Assembly (NCBI GenBank): GCA_951804945.1
Contig: OX638152.1
Coordinates: 46,376,001-46,440,000, forward strand
Length of the DNA: 64,000 bases
Direction: 5' to 3'
From: Podarcis cretensis
Taxonomy: Eukaryota
Within the stretch, counting starts at the first letter, position 1; each line of letters starts with the position of its first letter. Under the pieces are notes generated by a model. That model saw only the letters and a list, made by a program, of their open reading frames with translations. It was not told where the DNA came from and did no database searches. The position numbers were made by a program, and so were the translations under genes. Positions 11,666 through 25,204 of this stretch are shown piece by piece.

Positions 11666-13812
11666 CCTATATTATCATCTTTGGATTGTCTATTATGGTA
11701 GATACCAATGGAAGAATAATTACAACGTTGTCATCTTACTAATATGTTTGGCAATATATACACAGAACTACTGTAGGGGAACTGAAATCAATGTAAAAAA
11801 TTGTTGAGGCCCATGAAAAATGAATTTCATGCACTTTTGACCACCACCTGCCCTCTGTCCGCTAATCAATCACTTCAAGTCTTATCACTAAACTTTTTCA
11901 AGAAACTGCAGAAAGAAATGTTGTCTGTTTGACACAACAAATACGGAAGATCTTTTCCAAAATGTAGTTGTGCCAGAAGGGCAGGATTCATAGTTGATTC
12001 ATTAAAAGACATCCTCTATAATTTGTAACCGGGGCTTTAGCAATCTGTTTGACAACTTCATTCACAATCAATTAATTTAACATCTGTTATTAATGAACTG
12101 ACACAGCCTTTCTGAAATTGAATGACAAAGTTTGCAGACTGCAAAGAAGTTCAATGTTTTGTAAGTTTTAAAAAATGAAATTCAAAATTTGAAATAGAAC
12201 TTTCATAAGTAGTAATTTCCCGTGCAAATATTTAGATCTTTAATAGTTTGCAAGGAAACTATGTCTTGAAGTGTACAGTACACCTTGGTTGAGAATGATT
12301 AACTTTGCTATATGGTTTAGCCTATTAAAATTAAATTGTCAAATCTTTAATTCTAAATTGTTGAAGTCAGTGAAATTGTATTTCTTATAAAAGAGACATG
12401 GATTGGATCCCCAGGCATATGACTTTATAAGGAAAAATAAAAATAGTATTGCTACATGATTAGTGAACCCAGGGTCTATGTTGGGATTTTGATTGTAATA
12501 TATTTGGAGTGAGAAGAACTGATTGATTTATACATTGGTTAAGGATGAAGTTATTTATGCTACAGGGGTTCTATGTGTGTTTCAACTTTGCACTTCAGAT
12601 GAGCAAAATTCTCCCAACTTGAACATGTTTTTACAATGTCAGCTGGCCTGTCTAACATCTTGACAAGTATAGCCTAAGTGTATGTTGGCTCAAATTCACC
12701 TCTAGAAACAGATCTTACTTCAAAGCCCTTAAGACTTGAAAAAGGTCTTGTGTATAGTTCATTAACAATAGGTCACATATCTTCAAAGATTCCTTTAGGG
12801 CCTCAGCCCTGTTAAGGAGATAACAATGAATAAAGGGATTTTATCACATCAGAAGATAGGATTAAGTGAAAGAAATTTAGATTGAAAAGTAAACTTAATC
12901 CAATTTAAGGATAATGCCTTAATTTATACTGGGCTTCCTCATTAGATGTAGGCTTCTCTGTTAAATGTAGCCTTGAAGAAGAATTTTAGGGTCTGAAATA
13001 GCATTCCTCCCATTTGAAGAATCGTTGATTGTTATGAAACATATTTGCTAAAATATTATACATTAATGTTACTCTGTATTGTTTTCCTCAGGCACTGAGT
13101 TTCATACGCCTTTTATTTTTCTGTGACATTAATATATACTTCATTGCATGTTTGGGGCCATTTTATACAAGGAGAATGGGAGAGGGGTTGGGAGAGGCGA
13201 CTCCCAACTCCTTGAATGCAAGATATTGAATTAATCTGAACAGTTAGTGTGGTGTCTGTCTCTCCCAATTAAATCGGTGTAAAACGGATGGCATATATGC
13301 AGTTCAGCATTTCCTTTTAAGAATTAAACATTGGAAACTTAAAATTGCTAACTGCAGCTAGTTCCCATCTTTTTATGTTTTCTCTCTGTGTGTGTCTCTG
13401 CACACTGTTTATAATTTTGCAAAAATGCCCAATTTCAGTCATTTTTTCTCTGTTTCACCAAGGAACTCACACCAACCAATGTGAATTTCAGTCGTAATTC
13501 CCAGGGGACTTGCTAGTTTTAACAACTTTCATATTGAAATTCATGAAATGCAAAAAAGAATACCAAACAAACCAAAGTCATCTGTAAATTAAAAGAGCAA
13601 TAGGAGCAGTCATCCAAAGCTCACTAAAAGCCAAGGGATACACAAGCTTTTTACTTGACACCTAAAGGCCAGCAGAATAGGCATTACACAAATATTTGTG
13701 GAGGGGGAGGTGTTACATCCCAATTGGCATATATTATGCTACCACAGAGTTCAGTTAAATATTCTTGTTATTCTAAGGCCCTTTCGCCCAGTTGGCAAGT
13801 TATGTTTAGAAT

Positions 13813-14032
13813 GCAGTAAGCCTGCAACTTACACACACTTAGTTTGTGCGCATATAGCTTTACGCGCATGGCAAAATAATAATAAAAAGGACCGGACAGC
13901 GGGGAGGGTTTTCAGGAAAAAATGACTTTGGCAATCCCACCTGCCATTGAACCCAGCGGGTTTTGACTATATGCCATTTTGGTTTTAGGCGCAATCCCTG
14001 GAACGTGAACCCTGCACAAGTTGTGGGAGTAG
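13813..14032. mobile_element. Degenerate Tigger/pogo-like MITE
   Basis: Imperfect inverted ends (CCTGCAACTTACAC ... GCACAAGTTGTGGG), GGAACGTGAACCC subterminal motif, CpG remnants. Confidence 0.5.
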
Positions 14033-14034
14033 AT

Positions 14035-14372
14035 TCCTTAAGGCCAGATCCTAAATGTGGCCCTCTAGACCTCTCTATCTGGCCCCTGGAACTCTGCTCA
14101 GTCACAGCTTTCTCCTCAAGGCATGCCTGTAACTAATTTAGCATAACATTCTCCCGGAGTTTTGTTTGTTTTGCTTTAATGTGTTGAACTCTTGATTGTC
14201 TGGTCGGAGGATAAGAGAGGGGTGTGTGAGTGTGAGGGGTGTGTAGAAACTAGCCTACTCCACAAAAATTGCATTCATTGCTCTGCCCATTTTTGTGTCT
14301 GGCTGTGCTCCCCATTAGTATGTAGCCCTGAAAAAGTTGCTGGGAAGGGAATGAAAGGGTTCCCCATCCAAG
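14035..14372. mobile_element. Degenerate hAT (Charlie-like) non-autonomous element
   Basis: GGCC...TGTGGCCCTC...TCTGGCCC 5' motif cluster and AAAGGGTTCCCCATCC 3' terminus-like motif. Confidence 0.5.
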
Positions 14373-16674
14373 CCCTAGTGTGTTGCTGCTTACCAAAGTT
14401 AGGTAGGTTTTTCTGGTATTTGTTCTAGAGTGAGATACTAAATGACTTAGAATCCCCCTCATAATAGCTGTACAAACACTGTGCTCATTTCTCCTTTAAG
14501 TGGTGCACTGCAATGCCTACTTATAAGTAAACTCTGATAACAGCCTGGGGAAAATACCTATGTTTCCATCTCTGAATATAGGCTGCCAGTCAAAGGAGAC
14601 ACTATAGCAGTGCTCTGACCTGCTACAATACAGCTTCAGTTGTTTATGAGTAGGTATCCTTGTATGCTATGGTATGCTATGATGCTCCTTCACAAAAATT
14701 AACTTTAACAAGTGTTAAACAAATTGCAGTTCCAAGTGGCACATGCTGTTTAAGTAAAATTAGAAGATACTCTCCCTTATGAATAACTGGAGAAAAACAT
14801 ACATCATGTGTAAAACTACGTAAGATACACCAAGACTGCTTTCAGAGCAGGGAAACAAGTAAGAAAATGCAAGACAGGACACTGATATGAACATACCTTT
14901 AATTAGCCTTTACTGATAATCAAAATGAGCCATTTGTTCTCCTGGATGTTATGTGGATGGTTGACAGGTTTTTAAAAAGGAAACCTCATATAAACCAATA
15001 AATGTCTACATTAGCAAACCTAAAGGCTTTAACGAATGTGTTGGTGGCAACTTTTAGAGAAACAACTTGTTTCATGTCAAACATATATTGGCTTATATAA
15101 TAAATCACTGATAGAACAGCCAACTCTTTTTTTCTTCAGTACTGTCCCAACATTGATTAATGTGGCTCTTATAATGGAACAATGGCCAATGTGCACATAA
15201 GCATGAAAAGCTCTTCTGAAGCAATAGATAGCTTTGTCGTACATGCTGCATCTTATTAAGAGAAAAAGTCAAATACATACCCACCCCACAACATCTTTAC
15301 ATTCAGAACCTCAGCTAATTGATTAACACAGTTTTATGCAGCCTGTTCTTTGCCTTAAAACCGGGGTATAATTAAAGGCTTTCACAGCACCCAGTCTCAG
15401 TTTTGACAGTCCAGTAGGCCCATATGTCATCTGAAGTACAAAAAGCAGTAAGGTGTGTTAGTTGCAATCAGTAGTATTGCATACATGAGTGAAATTGCAA
15501 AAATAAAATAAAATCTATCTCTTACTGTGTTCAGCTTAAATGATTCGTATTGAAACATTAATGCTTCCAGTTTTACCTTAGGATAGTTACAGGAACAGCT
15601 TTATTCTCTACATTAGTGTAGAGAAATATACAACATTTAAATTGGGAAATTGCTGTATTATTTGTATAAAATTTGTTTTGAAACTCTTTTCCTGGGTAGT
15701 ATGCCTGGTGGAGAGAAGAGTTTTCATCTTTATTTTCTAATCCATACAAGTTGATTTCTTGTCAAAAAAGAGCACACACAATGGGACATGAAAACTTCTC
15801 CGGTGCCATACATAAGTGTGAATATCTTTCCCTTTACGAATAATGAGAGGGTTTATTAGCAGAGTTATAACTTTATTAAAAGATTTGTAATGCTACTATT
15901 AGTTGTATACACCCAAAACTACCATAATTCTTTGCTCTCATTTGTGTCCAGATTGTAGCTATTTCCAGAAAGGGAACAATAAGTTTCCTTGGCTCTTCAT
16001 GTAGTCACTTAGTTCCCAGTACAGAGGTCTAGATACAGATAAGTGTGAGCAGTAAACACCCATAATTTCAACTAATGGAACTTGAGTATATAAATACTAC
16101 CTCCAAATCCCATGCTGAACTTAAAAACTGACAGACCCTCACACAAACTAGATACCAACTTTCAAACAGTCCACACAGCATCGTCAACTTTAGCTGTCCC
16201 GAAACCTTAACTAGAATTTTGGTCGCATGAGAAAAAAACAGTACAAAGCTGGGCAACAAACAAAAAAACTAATACCAAAGCGCAGTCATTTTGTGTATTT
16301 GGTTCTTAATTTGGTGATCTCTTTCCAATTCCCCAGCGACATACGTGGCGAATGTAAATCTAGCTCACTTCAGATGTCCTGCTATTTATATATTCTAGTG
16401 GCATGGATTCAGCTCGTTTCTCTACTAAGTGTGTCAATGTCAATTTAGGCAAAGCTTTGAATTTCTTCTGTCTTCCTTTTGTTAGCAAAATCTGATTTGA
16501 ACCATTTTGGTTGCTACAAGAGATCATATTTTAAAGAGTTTATTGTCATGAACCCTCTTCCAAACATACAATATGCTTTTTTTACTTTCCTGAATTTGGG
16601 GAACAATTTTGGAACATGTGCTGTGAATCTGGAAAGCTTGTACATTCCCTATCTCTCTGTATGTCTCTGTCTTA

Positions 16675-16709
16675 TGCGTGTGTGCGTACACACACACACA
16701 CACACACAC
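16675..16709. repeat. (TG)/(CA)n microsatellite
   Basis: TGCGTGTGTGCGTA followed by about 11 CA units. Confidence 0.9.
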
Positions 16710-16840
16710 TTTATCAGGAGAAGGCGCAAGAGAAGAGAAGAAATGGAACTAAAGGGCCTTTCCATAGGTTTTTCTAACCCTTTGGTCCTTTCTTTCCTTG
16801 AAATCTATTATTGAAGCTGATAATTACAAGAATTCTGTAA

Positions 16841-17052
16841 TACCACTCCCCTTCTCCAGGGGGGTGGAGTTGCTGGCAGGCATCCCGGAACACCCTGTAA
16901 CCCGGCAGGGGGCGGAGTGATGCCGCCCGCGTCATTGGGACTCCCAGCCACGTCATGCCCTCTGGCTGACCAATCAGGTTAGCCGGGGGCATGGCCACTG
17001 CCGTTTAAATCGTGGTGCAGCTGGGGGCGGCAGCCTCCTTTTCGCCTCCTCG
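16841..17052 (+). mobile_element. 212-bp GC-rich insertion with LTR-U3-like promoter motifs, flanked by 17-bp direct repeats
   Basis: TTACAAGAATTCTGTAA at 16824-16840 and 17053-17069; GC box at 16908-16915, CCAAT at 16970-16974, TTTAAA at 17004-17009, pyrimidine tract near 17035-17051. Confidence 0.75.
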
Positions 17053-17114
17053 TTACAAGAATTCTGTAACTTGCTTTTCTCCCTCTCCAAACTTGAAAGC
17101 CTGAATGCAGGGAC

Positions 17115-17195
17115 TGTTTTATAAGACACTCTGTGAGCTCTTTTTTTTGGCAGAAGAGCAGGATTGAAATGCTCTAAATAAATAATAAATAAATA
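17115..17195 (+). mobile_element. L2/MIR-type 3' tail fragment
   Basis: TGTGAGCTC...GAAGAGCAGGATTGAAATG...(TAAA)n, typical of L2-family 3' ends. Confidence 0.55.
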
Positions 17196-19516
17196 CTTGG
17201 TCTTGGCTCCTATGCAAAATCCTCAATCTGCTTTTCAAACTTGGGAGGATGCACAATTTAGTCAAATGAGTTCCTCGCTGGAATCATTTGGTTTTGCAAT
17301 ATGACCTTGCCTCTGAAATCAAACATAAAATGAAGATCTTGTCACAATTTGTAGTTTTATTACCAATAGTACTTAGTAAGCTTTCAGTATGTTCCCAACT
17401 GTTAATTAGCTTCATGTCATTGAGAGCAGATTGACAAAATTTCTAGTCAGCAGTAATATTGGTTAGAATACATGCTGTTTTTAAAGCGTATGCAAAAAAT
17501 ATTGTGTTTTTTCTTTTTTCCACAGCTGTAGCAAAAGTCACAAGATGCACATGCTTCATGCTAATCACATTGAAATAAAGCAACTGATATACAGAAACTT
17601 GAAATGGGTGGGGAGCACAAACATAGAATCTGCCTGGGTGGTTTCAATTAATGTCATTGTCCAGTACAAGGACAGGATGAGTTGATCCAGAAAAGAAAAC
17701 CTAGCAGCTTGTTTTAACATGAGAGATGCACACTCTGAAATGCTGATAAGGAATTCAAATAACTATTCAGTTGTGACAGCTGTAATCCTTTTTTGAGCCA
17801 GCTATAGTGCATTTGAGAAAAACATGGTTTACTGGGAAAGCTAATGAACGCCATCTTTTCAGAGTCATAGAGAGTGAAGCCCCAAGTTTGAAAGTTTTAA
17901 TTGGATTTCTAAGGGCTAATTCAGTACTGTAGTCGATTAATGTTATAATATAGCTATAGTTGCGAAGTTTAGGAATTAGGTTATTCTCCCCCACCCCACA
18001 ACCCCGGATACATGTCTCTGTACACAGCTGCAAAATACTTCTCCATGTTGAAAGAATAAGTCCTTCCAGAACATGAAAGATTGGAGAGAATTTTGCTTAA
18101 GTTTTCTAGGGTATGGGTGGGGAACCTCCAACCTGCAGGCCAAGTTTGGTGTGTGAGGCTGCTTTCTCCACAAAGCTTGCACCACATGTGTGTATCCCCT
18201 ATATCCCCCAATACTAACTTTGATTGGAGTTGTCACTCAGGCTGCCCCTTAGTCCCATTTATTGGGTTTGGTGTTTTATGTGTGTATGTGTAGCATGTTT
18301 GTTTTGCCTCTCCACCCCAGCCTCACACTGCATACTGAAGAGCTTGACATGTTAGCACTCTAAACTACGGTACATTCCTTTAAAAAAAAAAAGTACAATT
18401 AACAAATGGTAAGGAAGAGTTGTAGAATGCAGATACTGCATAGAACTGCTAGTGAGTTCACTGCTAAGCTGCCTGTATCAGACTCATCTGTGCAGATGTA
18501 TTGGTCTGTTTTGAGTGGATGTCTGGCAAAATCAGAAGTGGGTACTTTACCTCAATCCCCAGAGCAATCCTCCTACTGTTTCTAAAGAAAATAAACCATT
18601 TTCTTTTGCTGTCTGCAATAAACACAGCTGAAGTCCATTGAGTGTGGAAGTTATTTGCAAGATTTATAGGACAGAATAAGTTGTCCTGGTTATAGTGTAA
18701 CATGAATGCACTGTACGTTTACTAAGTACCTCGTGAAAGAGAGAGCATGTGCAGGAAATGGAAGAAGTGATTATGGTTCTTGAATAGAAAGTAAAGCATA
18801 GCCTTATGGTCACTTCTTTGGACTTGGGGGGGCATTGCTTTATGAAAAGAGAAGATAACAACATTACACTGAAGACGTGGTTGATTTAGAAATTTAAGAG
18901 GTGGTGGCTGGCAAAATAGGTTGGGGAATGAGAAGTCTTGGGAGAGGCTGCTTCTATTCTGTCAGATATAAATTCTAGTTTCTGCTAGACTTTATGTAAT
19001 ATGAACGCCACTGTTGTTTTGTATTTTGATTTAATAACTTTTGTTTTGAAGTGAACGTTAATAACACCTCATCCTCCAGATTTACTGACCACTTGAGACA
19101 TTTGTCAGTTGTAAAATAGACTTATGATAGGGGATATTAGCTCGGGGGAGAAAAATGGTATAATTTTGCACACAGATGTTACGTTTCTGTAGTATAAAGA
19201 GCCATTGTTTATATCTGAAGGTTTCCAGTTCAGTATGTCAGGCAGAGGAAATAACAATCTCAGGCAGCATTTTGTAGTTAGCAGTGTGAGGAGATAAGTC
19301 AATACATATACCAATATATTGATTAAAGACTAGAAAACCATGTTTGTCTTAGAAATTATGTGTTGCTTTTAATTACATTTCTGTGTTTGTGGCATCTCTT
19401 GTATACAGAGTTCATGTACAGTTCCACCCCCCACCCCCTTGTTCCTCCACTCACAGGATTTTATATTTCTGGTCATTGAAGCCTTCAGAAACAAAACACC
19501 TAAGATTTATCTAAAA

Positions 19517-19652
19517 CAGAAGTGGGAAACCATTGCCTCTGCAAGTCTTGTTGGACTGCAACTTTCATCAACCCCAAGCAGCATGGCTAGTGATGTGGGA
19601 TGATAGGAGTTACATACAAGGACATCTGGAGGGACACAGTTGCCCATCCCTG
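19517..19652. mobile_element. Hairpin hAT MITE (degenerate)
   Basis: TTGTTGGACTGCAACTTTCATCA...GGGATGATAGGAGTT...TTGCCCATCCCTG; same internal palindrome as 45067-45202. Confidence 0.65.
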
Positions 19653-19839
19653 ATCAAAAGTACTTTGTCTCCATTTCTTACCTTTAAGGAATATATGGAC
19701 CTCCTGACACTTCTCTGTGGCAGTATTGCCATCTAAATTGCTGTCTGAACTTAGTTTCTTTGGCAACACTGTTCAAGCCAACTTTTGTGTTTTATCGGTG
19801 GCTTATGGCCACATCTTTGTGAACTGAAAACCTATGAAC

Positions 19840-20110
19840 TGTCAAGGACGGGCAGGAGTCCGAGAGCTGGGCAGAGGAGGTGGGAGAGCAGGAGGATGAT
19901 CTTAGGGAAGACACCAGTGATTTGTTGGGTTCTTTGCCACTGGTGAGGCAGGAGGAAGAGAGAGAGGAAGAATCTGGGCAGTCAGACAGGTGGGGGAAGA
20001 GTTGCAGGAAGACAGAGTCCCAGAGAGAGCTGGGCCATTAAACTCTCCCTGGTCTCCTCCCCTGTTGTTTCCAAGGATAGTACTCATTTTATGTCTGCTT
20101 GAGCCTGACA
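19840..20110 (+). mobile_element. Possible internally deleted solo LTR
   Basis: Begins TGTCAAGG and ends GCCTGACA; purine-rich GC-elevated body; no clear TSD. Confidence 0.35.
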
Positions 20111-23034
20111 TATAGCCCACACAGTCAATCCTTTGAGAAAGTCACTGTAGAACAGAGTAAAATTATTAAAAGTTGTATAATATGTATAATGAAATACAAA
20201 GCTACAGTCAGAGAAATAGCTGGCACCTGCAGCTACCAAGATGCACCAGTACCTCACACTTCTGATTATTTCAGTGTTTCTGTGATGTCCAGATTTGTTA
20301 TTCTTACAAGCTTTAAATACACAGCCAGTTTGTAAAACTTTTTCACTCAAATTGCAGAGCTGCTGCATGTAGTGTTCAAGGTACTTTTCCAATTAGGATC
20401 TGGTTGTTGCAACATCCAAAGCCCCTACAAGTGGGATTATTGCATGTGAATATATAACCAACAGGCTTAAGTCTAATTAATGCATGAAGGGGTTAAGACC
20501 ATGGAGTAAGCTATACTGCCAGGCTTTACCTAGGTCACTCTGCCTCACCTTGGGAGGAAGGTAATCAAGCCTATTGTTGAACCTCTAGTCTACCTGATGA
20601 ATTCAGCATGTGAAGAGGCAAAGTTGGTTGGTCCAGCTCGTTGGTCCAGTTTAGCCACATGTATCTCACAAGCCATTCTTGTGTTCCTATACCAATAATT
20701 TAGGAACTTTTACTACTTTTTGACTAAGCCAAGTTTTACTGTTTGTGCAACCTTTCTGACTCCTAGTTTTCACCATTACCTCCACCTCCGTATTGTTCTA
20801 GAAGGTTCCCAGTCCATTAGGACAAGCTTTTTAAGTTGCTCAGGGGCTGCATTTGATAGAAAGAATAGGAAAATTTTTAGTGCTTTGCCTTGTGTGAGCA
20901 GAAATAATTCCCACTAGTGCTATCATAGGATATAACCCAATGTTATCCATTTATGTACCCTTTTGGGAACTTGCTTAGAGTCTCTGTAGATGAATGTTTA
21001 GCTTCTAAACCATGTCAGGTTCATATAATAAGAAGTTGGACTTAAGGCCCAGGGTTCCAGCTGGAAAAGTCTCAAGAATCTTAATTAGAACAACAAAACA
21101 CCATTGCATAATAACCCTATGTTTTTATTTCAAATTTTGGAAGGAGAAAATTGCTTACTGCCATTAAAGCTCTAAAAGCATTGGCTTGGCTTCTTGCATA
21201 ACTAGTCAGCCAACTACTAGCGATACTAGTGTGAAAACAGAATAGGAAATAAAAGAAAACATGTATGTCTTTTTGGAGATGTGATCAGCAATGCCTGGAA
21301 GAGCAACTAACGGTACTTATTTATAAATTTGGATTTTGTTGTTAAAGGAGACTTGTTGCTGGGGAAGGGGTTGATTCTATTCATTGAAGGAAAAATCTGT
21401 TGTTTTATATATATATTCCGACTACAATGAGTTTTGAAGGTGCTTTATTCAGAGCCTTTATCAATCTTACACTAAATAATCTGATCAGTATTCCATTTTA
21501 CCCTGAAAAGAGCAAATAAAGCATAACTCTTTGGGGATTAATTTACTATAGCCTGAAGCGGTAATGCTTCCCTGACAAACATTTTGTTGAATAAGCAGCA
21601 TCATACCATCTGTTGACAGCTTGTACTTGTTACAGTAGCCAATGTCCAGGTATGGTCTTCAGTGGCCAGTTTTTGGTCACTGAAATGCAAAGATTCCTGG
21701 ATCCATTACATAATGTGGATAGAGTGTCAAAAAGTGCTTGTTTCACAGTGTTTCAAAAGAAGGCTAATGTTTTGTACTGGCAATTTATTATTGGTAACTG
21801 TCATTCATGCTATACTAGTCTTGAGGACTGCAGTCATCTATTATGCATGAGGCTAACTTGAATCTGAAAATGTAGGGCTACCTGTGATGCAAGATTTAGA
21901 TAATTGTTTCTGCTGCTGCTGTGCTGTTTGGGGCTTTGTATTTTGTGTAACCCTGTTGTGCCACCCCAATGTTTGCAGAACATTTCTTGCTTCCATTGGG
22001 GAATGCTAGGCATTGATATATTTTGGAATAGATATGAGTTTTTTGGAAGAAATTTTGCAGCTACAGTTATGCAAGTATGGTAGATGTGCTATATTTTCAA
22101 ACAAGCGCACATTGCTATTTGATGAGGGGTGTCAAGGACAGGATCTAAATCAACATAATGGGTCATATGTTATATTTAGAAAAAAACACATTTGTTAATT
22201 TTTATTGTAGTACATGTAGTATTATGAGCTGATACTAATAGCGGGAAATCAGTTCTATCAGTTGTTTGGCCTCCTTCCAAACAGTTAACAAATATTTTAA
22301 TGGCTCCTTCAAACAACCAAACAACCAAAAATAAAAATAAAAATAAAATCTCCATCCACATCTCATTGCAGTATTTCCTAATAGTGAGCATAACTATTAC
22401 CCATATCTTTACAGGTGTATTAGGAAAGTGACCAACACAAGCAATGTACAAAATAATAATATACTCTAGATTTTTTAATGTAATATTTATAGATAAGGAA
22501 GTACCAAAATGTGCAATCCTTGTAGCAAATGAATCCTGCTACACTCACCAGTATTACTCTTGACTGTATGTAAATGAACATCTATGACACTAGTCACAAT
22601 TTAAGTAGTCTTAGAAGTTCATATACTTTAAATGAACGGTTAACAATGAATCTAGAGCACATAAACTTTGAATGACTTGTAACAAGAATTGACGATTCAG
22701 TATATTCAATTAGTCTTTCAAAGGCATTTATTTGTTCAGCTTTCCCCTCTAAATGGTAAAGAGAATGCTAATCATAAGCTGTTGAAACTTGTCAGCATTA
22801 GCATTCAAAATACTATGCCCCTGCTTTTCTTTAAAGGTCTTTGGTTAAAGTCATTACATGTTTTCACTAGCACATTCATAAATTATTCTGAGATAAAGAA
22901 AAATGGCTTGGCACAGCCAATTCACTTCCAGATTGATGATCAGTTTTTTAAGGGGTGACTTTGTTTTTACAGAAGGTTGATTCACACATTTATCTCCATT
23001 TCCTATAGCAAGCTGGTTCCAACGGTTCTGAATT

Positions 23035-23038
<4 letters not shown>

Positions 23039-23066
<28 letters not shown>
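23039..23066. repeat. (TG)n microsatellite
   Basis: About 14 TG units. Confidence 0.95.
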
Positions 23067-24840
23067 CTTGCACACACTATCTCTCATAATCATTCCTATA
23101 CAGAAATATAAATCTATACAGATACTTGTGTTTCATTTTCATGCAAGTGGGACCAGAGTGGCTGGGGCAACCCAGTCATATGGGCAGGGTACTACTACTA
23201 GTGCTGCTATTGCTACTACTATGTTGTCATGGGGAGTGTCTCTATTTAGTGTTCCAATATACACCTTTCCATATCCCCCCTTTTGTTTTCAACTTCCAAC
23301 AGATAATCGGTATCAGACAATACACCAATAAGAGTGTCTAGTTTTCATTAGTCTATTTCAGGGTGCTTTGATCTCTTAAGCCCTCCCCCTTTTAATATAT
23401 ATTTACTTTTGTGCAGCTTTTGGTTCCCCCAGACTAGCTGATATCTTTCTCTTGTTTGTGGTAATTCATTTGGCTACATGAGAACATTAATTTGGAAAAC
23501 AATTTCCTTATTAGTATACATGATATGCTTTTATTGTACATTTATGTGAATGCAGGTTAGATTATTTGTAGTATCTTCATACTTTATGTGTGCATTCAAG
23601 GCAAAGTCATTTTCCTACTTACATCCCATTTTATTTTAATAGCTACTCCTTTACTTTTATCATTTGCTTTTCTATTGCAGTTGCCAAATCTAAAAAAAAG
23701 TCCCCATCGTATGCTGTTGCCTTTAAATACCAGTCTGCTGCAGCATGCCATTCAACTTATTAAAATCTGATTCATGTGGTGCCAAGTTTATTCGCAAGGT
23801 TTGTGCTGGGCCAAGTATATCCATCAAGAAAAGAAAAATAGGAACCTCCCGTGGGGAGGGTTGGATAGCTAAATTCTGTGAGCTTAGTTAACTTCAGTCT
23901 GCCCTGATTCTAAAGGATTGCTGCTGTCCACTTTCTTAGCATACCCATTTTTATTTCCTTCTAAATGGACAAGGGGCATGAGTTTAAATATATGAGCTAA
24001 TAGGGCTTCTGTGGTCCAATCCACTAATTAGACTATCTTGCCCAGATGGTATTTAGCCTTTCTTTTTGGTAGAGAAAGCATGTGGTAATCATATTCATGA
24101 ATTTTTATAAGCTCAAACATGCTACTAAAGGTTTAGCTTGCATATTTCCCAAACTTGAAGTAAAGCCAGACCACTGGGTGGAAACAAATGTGAATTTTAG
24201 TCTATATGCAGAATAGCATTCTTACTAAGCTGGTATATAGCACAGGCTAGAGAGAGGGGAAGCTATCTCAGTACCTTTTAAGAAGATGTAGTTGTCACAT
24301 TTGAGTGTGTATTTTAGAAATTACTGTGAAAATAGTATGCACCATGTATTATTTTAAATATTTAAGATACTTCTTTTGAATAGACAAAATTCAACTACGC
24401 CAACATATGCAGAGAATGAACTTAGTCTCTTAACCACATGTGAATAATATTAGTCATTCATTTAAATATACTTTCAAAGGTAAGCAGGTGTCCAGAGAGA
24501 GTTAATACTTGATTAATTCAGCAGGCCCACCTTATTGTTTTGATTATACCCTTGTAATTTCCCTCTTAAAAAAATTCTTTTAATGTGAATGATCTTGCCA
24601 CCTGCTGTGTTCTTTAAAATAGCCTGCCACAATGTTATAGAGAATACCCCCAAAAGAGTAATGTTTGCTTTTCTTTATTTAGCAATTGAGGAGACTAGTT
24701 TGCTTTGTTTAAAGGGTGACAAGTAAATAAACAAATAATATTTAAAAGAAACAAGAAACACAAGAGAAAGAAACTTCTCTAGACATTAAAGGATTTTACC
24801 CACCAACAGTTTTTAGCAGCATGGTAAGTGCTAGCACGCT

Positions 24841-25204
24841 GGGATGCTGGGAAGCGGGTGGTGCTGTGGGTTAAACCACAGAGCCTAGGACTTGCCCAAT
24901 CAGGAGATCGGCGGTTCAAATCCCTGCAACAGGGTGAGCTCCTGTTGCTCGGTCCCAGCTCCTGCCCACCTAGCAGTTCGAAAGCACATCAAAGTGCAAG
25001 TAGATAAATAGGTACCGCTCAGGCGGGAAGATAAACGGCGTTTCCGTGCGCTGCTCTGGTTCGCCAGAAGCAGCTTAGTCATGCTGGCCACATGACCCGG
25101 AAGCTGTACGCCGGCTCCCTCGGCCAGTAAAGCGAGATGAGCGCTGCAACCCCAGAGTCATCCATGACTGGACCTAATGGTCAGGGGTCCCTTTACCTTT
25201 ACCT
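24841..25204 (+). mobile_element. Sauria SINE, intermediate-age subfamily
   Basis: Full-length body and ACCTTT tail; 13-bp TSD TAAGTGCTAGCAC (24825-24837, 25205-25217); short 5' stutter GGGATGCT-GGGAAGCG. Confidence 0.95.
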
